Below, one piece after another: positions 36,775 through 45,935 of a stretch of DNA of 64,000 bases. The stretch is from Polyangiales bacterium (GTDB lineage Bacteria > Myxococcota_A > Polyangia > Polyangiales > Ga0077539). The stretch lies in contig JBGARZ010000006.1 in NCBI GenBank assembly GCA_044229975.1, positions 480,001-544,000 of the forward strand. Direction: 5' to 3'. The translations under genes were made by a program, and so were the position numbers. Below the pieces are notes generated by a model. That model was not told where the DNA came from and did no database searches. It saw nothing but the letters and a program-made list of their open reading frames with translations. The stretch's first letter is position 1. Each line of letters begins with the position of its first letter.

Positions 36775-39700
36775 TCACTCCCCGCCCGCGGCGGCGCCTT
36801 CGTCGTCGGGCGGCTCGTCGTGTGCCTCCACCCGGCACAGCGATCGGTACTGGCAGAAGTGGCAGTCCCTCGGCCGCGGCTCGAACCTCCCCTCCCGCAG
36901 CGGAACCACCACCGCCCGCACCGCCTCCCCCAGCCGCCCGACACCCGCCGCGCCTTCGCGGATCAGCGCGTCGACGTCCCACGGCTCTTCATCCCGTCGT
37001 CGCGGCTTCGCCAGCGCGTCGCGCAGCCCGTGCTCGCTCAGGTCGCGGAAGCCCACGTACGTCCCATCCACGCTCCTCGTGTCGGCGTCGCCCACGAGGC
37101 CCACCGAGCGCGCCCGCTCCAGCGCCGCCGCGTACACCACCAACTGGAACTGCGTCTCCAACACCCCCTGCTGCAACCGCTTCCGATACCCGTCGCCGCG
37201 CCCGCTCTTGAACTCCACCGCGCGCAGCACACCGCCCATGCGCTCGACCCCGTCGATGCGTCCGCGAATCGCCACGGGCGGCCCGCCAGGCATCACGATC
37301 TCTACGGCAGGCCACCGGTGCTTCGGCCCGAAGCCCACCTCGGACTCCAGCATCGTCCAGCCCTCGGGTGACCCGAGGCGCCGCGCCAGCCACAGCTCTA
37401 CCTGTCGACGAATCGCTCGCGTGTCGGCGTCCAGCAGCGCCGCGTCGACCTGCCCCACCTCCAGCGAGAACCGTGCGCCCGCCTCGTCGAGCCCCGCCAT
37501 CACCGTCTCCCACCGCCCCGCCGGGTCGCTCGGGGCGGCGTCCTTCAGCGCGTCCTGGCCCGCCTCCAGCAGCGCGTGCAGCAGGTGACCGCGCTCCTTC
37601 TCGTCGAGCGTCTCCCGCACCTCCGGGCGCTCGTCGATGCGCAGCACCTTCAGCGCAAAGGCCTTGTACCCGCAGCGCGCCGCCCGCTCCAACGTGGTCG
37701 TGTCCAGCGGGTCGCGCGCGTCGGCCCAGCGCTCCAGCTCCAGGTGCCGCCGCAGCGCCACGTCGTGATCGACCCGACCGTTGTACGCATCGCCCGGCGC
37801 GTCGACCTTCGCGAAGAACGCCTCCCGCCGACCCTCCACCGCCGACCGCTCGCCCACCGACTTCAGCGCCGCCACGAGGCTCGCCGACACGCCCTCCGTC
37901 GCGCCTCGCGTCGCCGCCAGCGACCGCAACACCCGCTCCGCCCCGCGCGCCGGAACCCTCCGCGACCGCGCCAACGGGTCAGCCCCGACGCGCTCCACCA
38001 CCACGCCCGACGTCCGTTGCAGGTCGCCGAAGAAAGCCGCCGCCGCCCGCGCCCTCCCGCCCGCGTCGTGCCGCGCCGCGCTCGCCGCCACCGCCTTCGT
38101 GGCCGTCGCCAAGGCCGCCAACAGCACCCGCGACGACTCCTCGCGCCCACCCCCTCGCGCCAGCGGAACCTTCCGCGCCTTCGCCACCGCCACCCGCTCG
38201 CTCTCGCCCCACAGCGCCGCCTCGCCGCGGTGCCCGGCCGCACCCTCGTGCAACCCCGGCAGCACCACCGCCGCGAAGCTCCGCCCCGCCGCGTCGCGCG
38301 CGTCCATGAGCTGCACACCACCGTCGCCACCGGGCGCCTCCGCGGGCAGCAACCGTGACCGCGCCAGGTCGAGCAGCACCTCGCCAAACTCCCCCGCGCT
38401 CATCACCCCGTCGCGACCCGCCGTGCGCGCGATGGAGGGCAGCTCTGCCAACAACGCCGCCGCGCCCGCCACGCCCGCCTCGTCGCGCGCCAACGCCCGC
38501 AGAATCGCCTGCGCGCCAGGGTCGAGGTCGGCCGTCGCCATCACCGCGCGCGACTCCTCCACCAGGCGACCGTCACCGCCTGCGCGATCGATCCAGCGAC
38601 CCAGTCGGTCGCAGTGCTCGGCCACGGTCCCGTCTTGCGCGAGCGCCCAGAGGTCCCGCGCCAGCGCGTCGATGGACGCCACCACCGCGCCCGTCACCAC
38701 CGCCGGGTGATGCCGCCGACCGTGCTTGAAGCGCGCGCCCAGCTCCGTGTCGAAGAGGCTCTCGACACCGAGCGTTCGTAGCGCCTGCGACACCCGCCAC
38801 GGCGCGGGCTCTCCCGCGCGCGGCGCGTTGCCCTGGAGCACCGCCAGCGCCCGCAGCACCTCCTCGCGCTCGGCCCCGCGCGCCACCATGCGCGGCAACC
38901 CCAGCAGCGCCCGCGTCACCGGCGACGACAGCAGCCCCGCTCCCTGCGACGCGCTCCACGGGATGCGCGCGTCGTCCAGCGCCTGACCCACGCAGCGCCG
39001 CGTCTCCGGGTCGTCCCCCGCAAACACCACCGCGATCTCGTGCGGACCGACGCCCGCCGCGATCCACCGCGCGACGCGCGACGCCACCCAGCGGCCCTCG
39101 TCCTCCGGGCCCTGCGCCTCGGCCAGCGCCACGACGTCCTCCCCGAGCGCCGACTCCATCGTCGCCGACGGGTCGGTGAGCGACGCCAGCCAGCGCTGCA
39201 ACGCCTCCGCCGCAGCCTCGCCGCCCGGGTCGCGCAGCCCATAACGGAGCTCCAACCCCGACTCCTCGGCTTCGAGCGTTCGGAGCGCGCGGTCGAGCGC
39301 CGGGGGCATCTGCATGCGCCGCGGCTCGCAGATGACGTGCACGTCGAGCCGCCCGCCGTGGGCGCCGAGCCAGCGCGCCAGCGACACCGCGAGCGTCACC
39401 CGCGACGGGTCGACCTCCAGCGCGTGCCACCACCGAACCACCTCGGGCAACCCGTACGACGCGGGCGACCGTCGCTGGGTGCGGGCTTCGTCGACGGCCT
39501 GGGCGAGCAGCGTGCAGAGCGTGGCGGCGGGGTGCAGATCGGAGGCGGCGAGGCGACGGTCTTGATCGGCCATCAGCTCGGAGAGGGCGCGCAGGCGGGT
39601 GCGCGTGCCCTCGTCGGCGTCGTCGGTGAAGGCGCGCGACTCCTCGACGAGGTGGGCCGTCACCTCGTGGCGGCGCAGCAGGTCGAGGGTGTGGGCGAAG

Positions 39701-39864
39701 CCGTCGACGGTCTCGGCGCGCTCGATGAGCGCGGCGTCGTAGCGGGGCAGCACGGAGCGGGCGGCGGCCGAGAGGGTGAGCCGCTCGACCTCGGGCGGGC
39801 TCAGCGACTCGGCGCTGAGCGCGAGCATCCAGCGGGTGAGGAAGGTCTCCCACGTCACGGTCAT
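36775..39864 (-). CDS. AddB/RexB-like protein: degenerate UvrD-like region plus PD-(D/E)XK nuclease with Fe-S cysteines
   Basis: EGRWVASRV...IAVV, GRSFAAVVLPGLHEG; RCGYKAF, ERGHLLHALLE, IRGRIDGVE, VEFKSG, QLVVYA, CHFCQYRSLC. Start may be 39900. Confidence 0.82.
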   Translation of the reverse strand: MTVTWETFLTRWMLALSAESLSPPEVERLTLSAAARSVLPRYDAALIERAETVDGFAHTLDLLRRHEVTAHLVEESRAFTDDADEGTRTRLRALSELMADQDRRLAASDLHPAATLCTLLAQAVDEARTQRRSPASYGLPEVVRWWHALEVDPSRVTLAVSLARWLGAHGGRLDVHVICEPRRMQMPPALDRALRTLEAEESGLELRYGLRDPGGEAAAEALQRWLASLTDPSATMESALGEDVVALAEAQGPEDEGRWVASRVARWIAAGVGPHEIAVVFAGDDPETRRCVGQALDDARIPWSASQGAGLLSSPVTRALLGLPRMVARGAEREEVLRALAVLQGNAPRAGEPAPWRVSQALRTLGVESLFDTELGARFKHGRRHHPAVVTGAVVASIDALARDLWALAQDGTVAEHCDRLGRWIDRAGGDGRLVEESRAVMATADLDPGAQAILRALARDEAGVAGAAALLAELPSIARTAGRDGVMSAGEFGEVLLDLARSRLLPAEAPGGDGGVQLMDARDAAGRSFAAVVLPGLHEGAAGHRGEAALWGESERVAVAKARKVPLARGGGREESSRVLLAALATATKAVAASAARHDAGGRARAAAAFFGDLQRTSGVVVERVGADPLARSRRVPARGAERVLRSLAATRGATEGVSASLVAALKSVGERSAVEGRREAFFAKVDAPGDAYNGRVDHDVALRRHLELERWADARDPLDTTTLERAARCGYKAFALKVLRIDERPEVRETLDEKERGHLLHALLEAGQDALKDAAPSDPAGRWETVMAGLDEAGARFSLEVGQVDAALLDADTRAIRRQVELWLARRLGSPEGWTMLESEVGFGPKHRWPAVEIVMPGGPPVAIRGRIDGVERMGGVLRAVEFKSGRGDGYRKRLQQGVLETQFQLVVYAAALERARSVGLVGDADTRSVDGTYVGFRDLSEHGLRDALAKPRRRDEEPWDVDALIREGAAGVGRLGEAVRAVVVPLREGRFEPRPRDCHFCQYRSLCRVEAHDEPPDDEGAAAGGE

Positions 39865-39968
39865 GGGCGCGACGGCGCTCGCCCGGTGGGACTCCCGCAT
39901 CGCCCGTCGCAGCCTCTCGTCGAGGTGCCCGCGCGTTCCGACCACGTCGAGGAGGGACACCCCCGACA

Positions 39969-40562
39969 CTACTCGTCGACGGTGACCTGCGCCGCTTGCG
40001 AGGACTGGAAGGTTCCGAGCGAGCCGGGCGCGCGGAAGATGCTGCCGCACACCGCGAGGCCCGACTCGGGGTGCGGACGACACGTGAACTCCGCCGGACA
40101 CGGGACGCTCGTCGCCTGCGCGCACACCAGCGCGAGGCGCACCGGAACCGCGTAGGTGGTCCCGTCGACGAACGACGTCTCGGCCGCGGTGGTGAACACC
40201 TGGCTGTCCGAGGTGCGCGCCGTCAGCTCGATGCGGACGTGATCGTCGCTGCGTCGGCTGTCGACGATGCCGAGGCGAAACTCGCCGAGCCCCGCCGCTT
40301 CGCCCGGCATCGTGAGCCGCAGCGGAATCACCGGGGGCGGCGAGATGCCCACGGCGGGACAGTCGGCCCGCAGGAAGGTCTGATCGAAGGTGGGGATGGG
40401 GTCGGTGCCCCGGGTGATGCGAATCTGCACCCGGTCGAAGATGTTGCAGTCCGTGTCGGTGCTGACGACGAGCATCACCTGACGGCGGGAGAGCACGCAG
40501 CCCCCCGACGAGGCTACGGATACAGCCAACCCCAAGCCCAGAAGCACGGCGCGCGGTCCCAT
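39969..40562 (-). CDS. Putative lipoprotein
   Basis: Hydrophobic N-terminus ending SGGC; QVMLVVSTD; C-terminal Cys cluster. Confidence 0.7.
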   Translation of the reverse strand: MGPRAVLLGLGLAVSVASSGGCVLSRRQVMLVVSTDTDCNIFDRVQIRITRGTDPIPTFDQTFLRADCPAVGISPPPVIPLRLTMPGEAAGLGEFRLGIVDSRRSDDHVRIELTARTSDSQVFTTAAETSFVDGTTYAVPVRLALVCAQATSVPCPAEFTCRPHPESGLAVCGSIFRAPGSLGTFQSSQAAQVTVDE

Positions 40563-40684
40563 CACGGGGCGGGACCGTAACCCCCAAAGGGATCGCAGGG
40601 CCAGGGGGTTGTCTGATGAAGCCAATGGACGATCGCTTGTCCGCTCTCCCCCGACGGGATACGGTGGCCACCGGGTCACACGCT

Positions 40685-43330
40685 ATGTCTGAGGCACGCT
40701 ACGAGATCATCCGACAGCTCGCTTGTGGCGGCATGGCGGAGGTGTTGCTCGCCCGTCAAAACGCCGACGACGGGTCAGCCCGCCTCGTCGTGCTCAAGCG
40801 GGTGCTCGCGCACCTGTCGCAAAACGACGGCTTCCTGAAGATGTTCGCCCACGAGGCGCGCATCGCCTCGCAGCTCCGCCACCAGAACATCGTTCAGGTG
40901 CTGGAGGTGGGCGAGGTCGAGGGCCTGCCCGTCATCGTCATGGAGCGCCTCGAAGGCGCCGACCTGCTGCGCCTGCTGCAACAGTGCGTGACGCGCCGCC
41001 AGAGCCTCGGCACCGCCGTGAGCATGGCCATCCTCGCGGGCGCCGCGCGGGGCCTCGGGTATGCCCACCGGGCGCGTTCCAGTGATGGGCGCGCGCTGCG
41101 TCTCGTGCACCGGGACATCTCCCCCCACAACGTCTTCATCACCCGCGACGGCGGCGTGAAGCTCCTCGATTTCGGCATCGCCAAGAGCGCCGCGCACGTC
41201 GGCCTCACCAGCACCGGCCAGGTCAAGGGCAAGATCTCGTACATGTCCCCGGAGCAGATCCGCTCGATGCCCATCGACGCGCGCTCCGACCTCTGGTCGC
41301 TCGGCGTGGTGCTCTGGGAGACCCTCGCGGGCGAGAAGCTCTTCACCCGCGACAACGACGCGGCCACCCTCCACGCCATCCTCCACGACCCGATTCCGCC
41401 GCTCAATCGCCGCGAAGCACCCGGGCTCGACGACCTCATCGCCCGCATCCTCCAGCGCGACCCGGCCGCCCGCGTCGGCACCGCCGAGGAGATCGCCGCC
41501 GCCCTCGAAGGCATGCTCGAATCGATGCGCGCCGGGCCCGCCGCGAAGATCGTCGCCCAGCGCGTCGCGTCGCTCGTTCCCGCGCTCAGCCCGGAGTTCG
41601 ACCTCGCGCGCCCCTCCGCCGTCCCGTCCCACGAGGTGGTCACGCTCGCGGTGGGCCCCGCCGGGGCGCCGTCCGCGCCGAAACGTGCGCCGGGCATCTC
41701 GCCCTTCGCCGTCCCCGCCGCTGCACCGCCTCCGCCGCTGCCCGCCACCAACCGCTACGCCCAGGGCAACAACCCTCCGCCTGCTCGCGCCTACGACGAC
41801 GACGTGGCCGTCGACGACGAGCCCACGCAGATGGACATGCCGACGACGTCGTCGATGCCACCGCCCGACGAGGAGACCACCCGCGCGGTGTCGCTCCCCA
41901 CGGACGAGCAGACCGTCGAGCGGCCCTCCGTCGTGCCGCCGGGCCGCATGGCGCCGCCGGCGTCTCCGCCGCGCTCGTCGCAGACGCCGCGCCCGCCGGT
42001 GCTGCCGGGGCCCGCGCGCCCGCCCATCAATCCCCGCTCGCGCACGTCGACGGTCATGGGCACCGGGTCGCTCCCGCTGCCGTCCGCACACGGCGAGCTG
42101 GGGGATGACCCCGAGCCGTTGACCGCGCAGGTTCCGCGCCCGGCGACCATCGCGCCGCCGCGCAACGCCACGCCGATGATGATGGCGCCGATGCAGCCCA
42201 TGGGCGCCATCCCCGCGCCGCTGTCCCCGTCGCTGCCGCCGGACGATCTGTTCGGGTCGATGCCCGGGCCCGACCAGGCTTCGCCCTCGCTCGCTCCGCC
42301 GTCGCTCACCCCGTCGTCGCCCAACGGGCTCCGGCCCGGCGTGTCATCGCCCTTCAACCACAACCCGCTCGCGGGCTTCGCGGCGCGATCGCCCGACACC
42401 TTCGTCGCCGCCGAAATCGCCCGCCCCGCCCCGCCTCCGCCCCCGTCGCGCACGGGCCGCTGGATCGTCGCCACCGGCGCCCTCATGGTCGCCGTCTTCG
42501 CGGGCGTCGTGGTCAGCCAGCGCATGCGCGCCCCCGTCGCGCCGGTCGCCGCGACCGCCGCCCCGAGCGAGCCCATGCAGGTGGTGCACGTGCCCGAGAC
42601 GGCGCCGTCGCCGGTTCCGGCGCCCGCCCCCGCCCCCGAGCCACCGCCCGCCCCCGCCGTCGCCGCGGCCGAACCGCCTCCCGCGGCCGTCCCTGCGGAA
42701 CCGGTTCCTGCGGCTGCGGCTGAGCCTGCCGCGGCGCCTGCGGAAGCCACCGCGCCTGCGCCGGTCGCCGTGGCGGCGCCCGCGGTCGCGCCTGCGCCCG
42801 TTGCTGCGCCCGCTCCCGTCGCTGCTCCTGCGCCGGTCGCTGTGGCTGCGCCGGTCGCTGCACCTGCGCCGGTCGCTGCACCTGCACCTGCGCCTGCGCC
42901 GGTCGCTGCGCCTGCTCCTGCTCCTGCTCCTGCTCCCGTCGCCGTGGCGGCGCGCGCCCCGACGCCCGCGCCCGCCGCCCGTCCTCGCGTGGTGCCGACG
43001 CCTGCTCCCGCGCGCCCCGTCGCGGCGTCCGCTCCCGCGCGCGTGGCCGCTGCCCCGGCGGCCGCCGCTCGTCCGGCGCCGCTCATGGACCCCTTCGACA
43101 CGACCACCGCTGCGCCCGCCAGGCCGCGTGCTCCGACGCCCGTCGCCGCGCCCGCTGCTCCGACTCGCGTCGCAGCCGCGCCCGTCACCCGCGCGCCCGC
43201 CACGCCGGTGCGCCGACCCAACGACCCCTTCGACAACGTCTACCGCGACCCCACCCAGCGGCGGCCCGCCCGCCCGGCGGCGCAGGCCCCGCCCTCCGCC
43301 CGAACGGGCGCCATCGCCACCGAGTTCTGA
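40685..43330 (+). CDS. Membrane Ser/Thr protein kinase with Pro/Ala-rich linkers
   Basis: GGMAEV, VVLKR, HRDISPHN, DFGIAK, GKISYMSPE; TM WIVATGALMVAVFAGVVV; (AP)n tail. Confidence 0.93.
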   Translation: MSEARYEIIRQLACGGMAEVLLARQNADDGSARLVVLKRVLAHLSQNDGFLKMFAHEARIASQLRHQNIVQVLEVGEVEGLPVIVMERLEGADLLRLLQQCVTRRQSLGTAVSMAILAGAARGLGYAHRARSSDGRALRLVHRDISPHNVFITRDGGVKLLDFGIAKSAAHVGLTSTGQVKGKISYMSPEQIRSMPIDARSDLWSLGVVLWETLAGEKLFTRDNDAATLHAILHDPIPPLNRREAPGLDDLIARILQRDPAARVGTAEEIAAALEGMLESMRAGPAAKIVAQRVASLVPALSPEFDLARPSAVPSHEVVTLAVGPAGAPSAPKRAPGISPFAVPAAAPPPPLPATNRYAQGNNPPPARAYDDDVAVDDEPTQMDMPTTSSMPPPDEETTRAVSLPTDEQTVERPSVVPPGRMAPPASPPRSSQTPRPPVLPGPARPPINPRSRTSTVMGTGSLPLPSAHGELGDDPEPLTAQVPRPATIAPPRNATPMMMAPMQPMGAIPAPLSPSLPPDDLFGSMPGPDQASPSLAPPSLTPSSPNGLRPGVSSPFNHNPLAGFAARSPDTFVAAEIARPAPPPPPSRTGRWIVATGALMVAVFAGVVVSQRMRAPVAPVAATAAPSEPMQVVHVPETAPSPVPAPAPAPEPPPAPAVAAAEPPPAAVPAEPVPAAAAEPAAAPAEATAPAPVAVAAPAVAPAPVAAPAPVAAPAPVAVAAPVAAPAPVAAPAPAPAPVAAPAPAPAPAPVAVAARAPTPAPAARPRVVPTPAPARPVAASAPARVAAAPAAAARPAPLMDPFDTTTAAPARPRAPTPVAAPAAPTRVAAAPVTRAPATPVRRPNDPFDNVYRDPTQRRPARPAAQAPPSARTGAIATEF
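42600..43210 (+). repeat. Low-complexity coding repeat (APAPVA)n
   Basis: Repeated gcgcctgcgccggtcgc and cctgct units. Confidence 0.8.
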
Positions 43331-43394
43331 CCCGCGCCGCGCGCGGTCCTTCCCTTCCCTTTCGGGGCGGAGCCTGCGTTAGCATCCGCGCACC

Positions 43395-44396
43395 ATGGGA
43401 CCTCACCCACGACACGCCCTCGCGCTGGCGTTGCTGCTCGCCGCTCCGCTCGCGACCGCCCAGCCCCGCCGAACGCCGCAACCGCCGCCGCAAGAACAGA
43501 CCTCCGACGAGCCGCCGGTGGACTCGTCCAACCCCACCGCCGCGTTTCAGCAGGCCGAGGCGCGCACCCACTTCCGCACCGGCGTCGAGCACTACCAGGC
43601 CCGGCGCTACACCGAAGCCATCGCGGAATTCCAGACGGCCCACCGGCTCTTCGCGTCGCCGACCATCTTGTTCAACCTCGCGCAGGCGTACCGCTCCGAC
43701 GGGCAGCTCTCGCTCTCCATCACCACGTTCCGTCGCTACCTCGACGAAAACCAGCGCCTCACGCCCACGCAGCGCGAAGACGTCGAAGGCGTCATCCGCG
43801 AGATCGAGACCTCCCGCGCCGTGCTCTCCTTCGAGGTCGAGCCGTCGGGCGTGTCCGTCACCCTCGATGGTCGCCCGCTCGGCACCACGCCGCTCCCGCG
43901 CGGCGTCGAGGTGCTCCCCGGCCCGCACGAGGTCGCCCTCTCGCTCGACCTCCACGAGCCGCTCACGCAGACCATCAACGTCCACGCCCACGAGCGGCGG
44001 CTCTACCAGGCCAACCTCCACCCCGTGGAGCGCAACTCCCGCATCCAGGTCACCGTCGTCCCCGCCGAGACGGAGATCACCCTCGACGGCGCGCCCGCCG
44101 GCCGCGGCTCCCTCGACGAGCGCGTGCGACCGGGCGATCACCAGCTCACGTTCTCCTTGCCGGGCTACCTGCCGCGCAGCGAGCGCATGCACGTCGCGCC
44201 GCTCTCCGAGGAGACCCTGCGCGTCACCCTCGACGCCCGGCCGCGCAGCATCGTCACGCGTTGGTGGTTCTGGGCCGCCATCGGCGGAGCCATCGCGGTG
44301 GGCGCGACGCTCGCCGTGGTGCTCAACCCCATCGACCCGACGCCCATCCCCGGCAACGGCAACCCCCAGTACGTGCAGAGCGTCGTGAGCTGGTAG
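43395..44396 (+). CDS. TPR + PEGA domain protein
   Basis: Signal peptide; ARTHFRTGVEHY...LFNLAQAY; two PEGA repeats; RWWFWAAIG TM. Confidence 0.88.
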   Translation: MGPHPRHALALALLLAAPLATAQPRRTPQPPPQEQTSDEPPVDSSNPTAAFQQAEARTHFRTGVEHYQARRYTEAIAEFQTAHRLFASPTILFNLAQAYRSDGQLSLSITTFRRYLDENQRLTPTQREDVEGVIREIETSRAVLSFEVEPSGVSVTLDGRPLGTTPLPRGVEVLPGPHEVALSLDLHEPLTQTINVHAHERRLYQANLHPVERNSRIQVTVVPAETEITLDGAPAGRGSLDERVRPGDHQLTFSLPGYLPRSERMHVAPLSEETLRVTLDARPRSIVTRWWFWAAIGGAIAVGATLAVVLNPIDPTPIPGNGNPQYVQSVVSW

Positions 44397-44410
44397 GAGA
44401 GGGACCCTTC

Positions 44411-45886
44411 GTGTCCCTCGCCAACATGACCCAGGCGGAGATCCGCGCCCTCGGCGGTCTCGCTCTCGCGTGCGCCGGCGCCGACGAGTCCGCCCTCGGG
44501 ATGCGCGCCCTCGCCTGGTACAACTCGCTGCTCTCGCTGGGCATCAATGTGCCGCTCCACGTGGTGCTCGACCTCGGCGCCGCGCTGCTCGGTGAGCGCG
44601 AGACCTTCACCGCCCCGCGTGAGATGCCCCGCATCCCGGAGGGCGTGCTGCCCACCGACCTCGCGATCATGATGCGCGACTACGCGGCGCTGCTCACCGA
44701 GGTCGCCCACACCGACATCGCCGAGAAGCTGAAGAAGTCCCGCATCGACGACGGCGTGCTCAGCACGTTGCTCACCCGCGCGCTCGGCCCCGTGGTCGAC
44801 CGCTGGCGCGGCGGCAACCAGTTCGAGCCCGTTCCGGTCAACGCCGACGCGGTCACGCGCGCGATGCTCAACCTCCCGCAGGCGTGGGCCGCCGTCGATC
44901 GACGCCCCGAGCTGGAGTTCATCCGGCACATCCTCCAGCACCGGCTCAACCTCCTGCTGGGCATCGAGCAGATCGACCTCGACACCGTCGAACTCCTCGG
45001 CCTCATGGGCCAGGAAGGCTCCATGCCCGAGACCGAGCTCGTCGATCTGCTGTCGGTGTTCAACAGCCCCGAGGCCAACGACGTCGTCAACTTCTCCCTC
45101 GACATCCTTCCGAGCGTCCTCGAGACGAAGCGCGGTGGAGGTCAGCAGGTGTTCGCCGTCGACGGCTACTCCGGCGTCGTCTCCAGCGGCTCGCTCGACT
45201 CGCTCTTCCTCAGCGAGCTCGCCTACGACGACGAGCTCTTCGAGCAGCGGTTTCTCGACAACCAGATGCTCTACTACGCCCACGAGGCGCAAGACCGACC
45301 GCCTCCGCGGAGCTACCAGATCCTCGTCGATGCGAGCGCGTCGATGCGCGGCGCGCGGGCGGTGTTCGCGCGGGGCCTGGCCATCGCGCTCGCCAAGCGC
45401 ATGACCCTGCTGGGCTTCGAGGCGACGGTGCGCTTCTTCGACTCGCGGCTGTACGAGCCCATGCGACTGCGCCGCGGGCGCTCCGGGCTCCACGGGACGG
45501 GCTCGCTGCACGTCGCGGGCATCCTGGCGTTCAAGGGCGAGCGCGGGCGCAACTACGCGCGGGTGTTTTCGCAGCTCGCGGCGGAGATGGAGCGCCTGCG
45601 CGAGCGCTCGAGCGTCACCGTCTACATGATCACCCACGCCGAGTGCCACGTGCCCGTCGAGCTCATCCGCCGTGTGCGCGAGAGCGCCGAGCTGTGCGGC
45701 GTGTTCATGCTCCCCTCACGCGGAACGCTCGACCTCGAATACCTCCCCGCGCTCACGCTGCACGAGGTGGTGACCGACGCCGCGCTGCGCGACCGCTCCG
45801 AGCGCGCCAACCGGGCGCTGTCCATCGTCGAGCAGGCGTCGACGAAGACCCGCGAGCACGCGACCGCAAAGGACGACGAGAACTGA
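44411..45886 (+). CDS. vWA domain protein (MoxR-partner type)
   Basis: GSLDSLFLSELA...F..RF.DNQMLYY followed by MIDAS ILVDASASMRG. Confidence 0.72.
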   Translation: MSLANMTQAEIRALGGLALACAGADESALGMRALAWYNSLLSLGINVPLHVVLDLGAALLGERETFTAPREMPRIPEGVLPTDLAIMMRDYAALLTEVAHTDIAEKLKKSRIDDGVLSTLLTRALGPVVDRWRGGNQFEPVPVNADAVTRAMLNLPQAWAAVDRRPELEFIRHILQHRLNLLLGIEQIDLDTVELLGLMGQEGSMPETELVDLLSVFNSPEANDVVNFSLDILPSVLETKRGGGQQVFAVDGYSGVVSSGSLDSLFLSELAYDDELFEQRFLDNQMLYYAHEAQDRPPPRSYQILVDASASMRGARAVFARGLAIALAKRMTLLGFEATVRFFDSRLYEPMRLRRGRSGLHGTGSLHVAGILAFKGERGRNYARVFSQLAAEMERLRERSSVTVYMITHAECHVPVELIRRVRESAELCGVFMLPSRGTLDLEYLPALTLHEVVTDAALRDRSERANRALSIVEQASTKTREHATAKDDEN

Positions 45887-45889
45887 ACT

Positions 45890-45924
45890 TCGAGTTGCGA
45901 CCTCGATATCGAGTTGCGACCTCG
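45890..45924 (+). repeat. Intergenic tandem direct repeat TCGAGTTGCGACCTCG x2
   Basis: Identical 16-mers at 45890-45905 and 45909-45924. Confidence 0.8.
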
Positions 45925-45935
45925 GGACGATCGTC

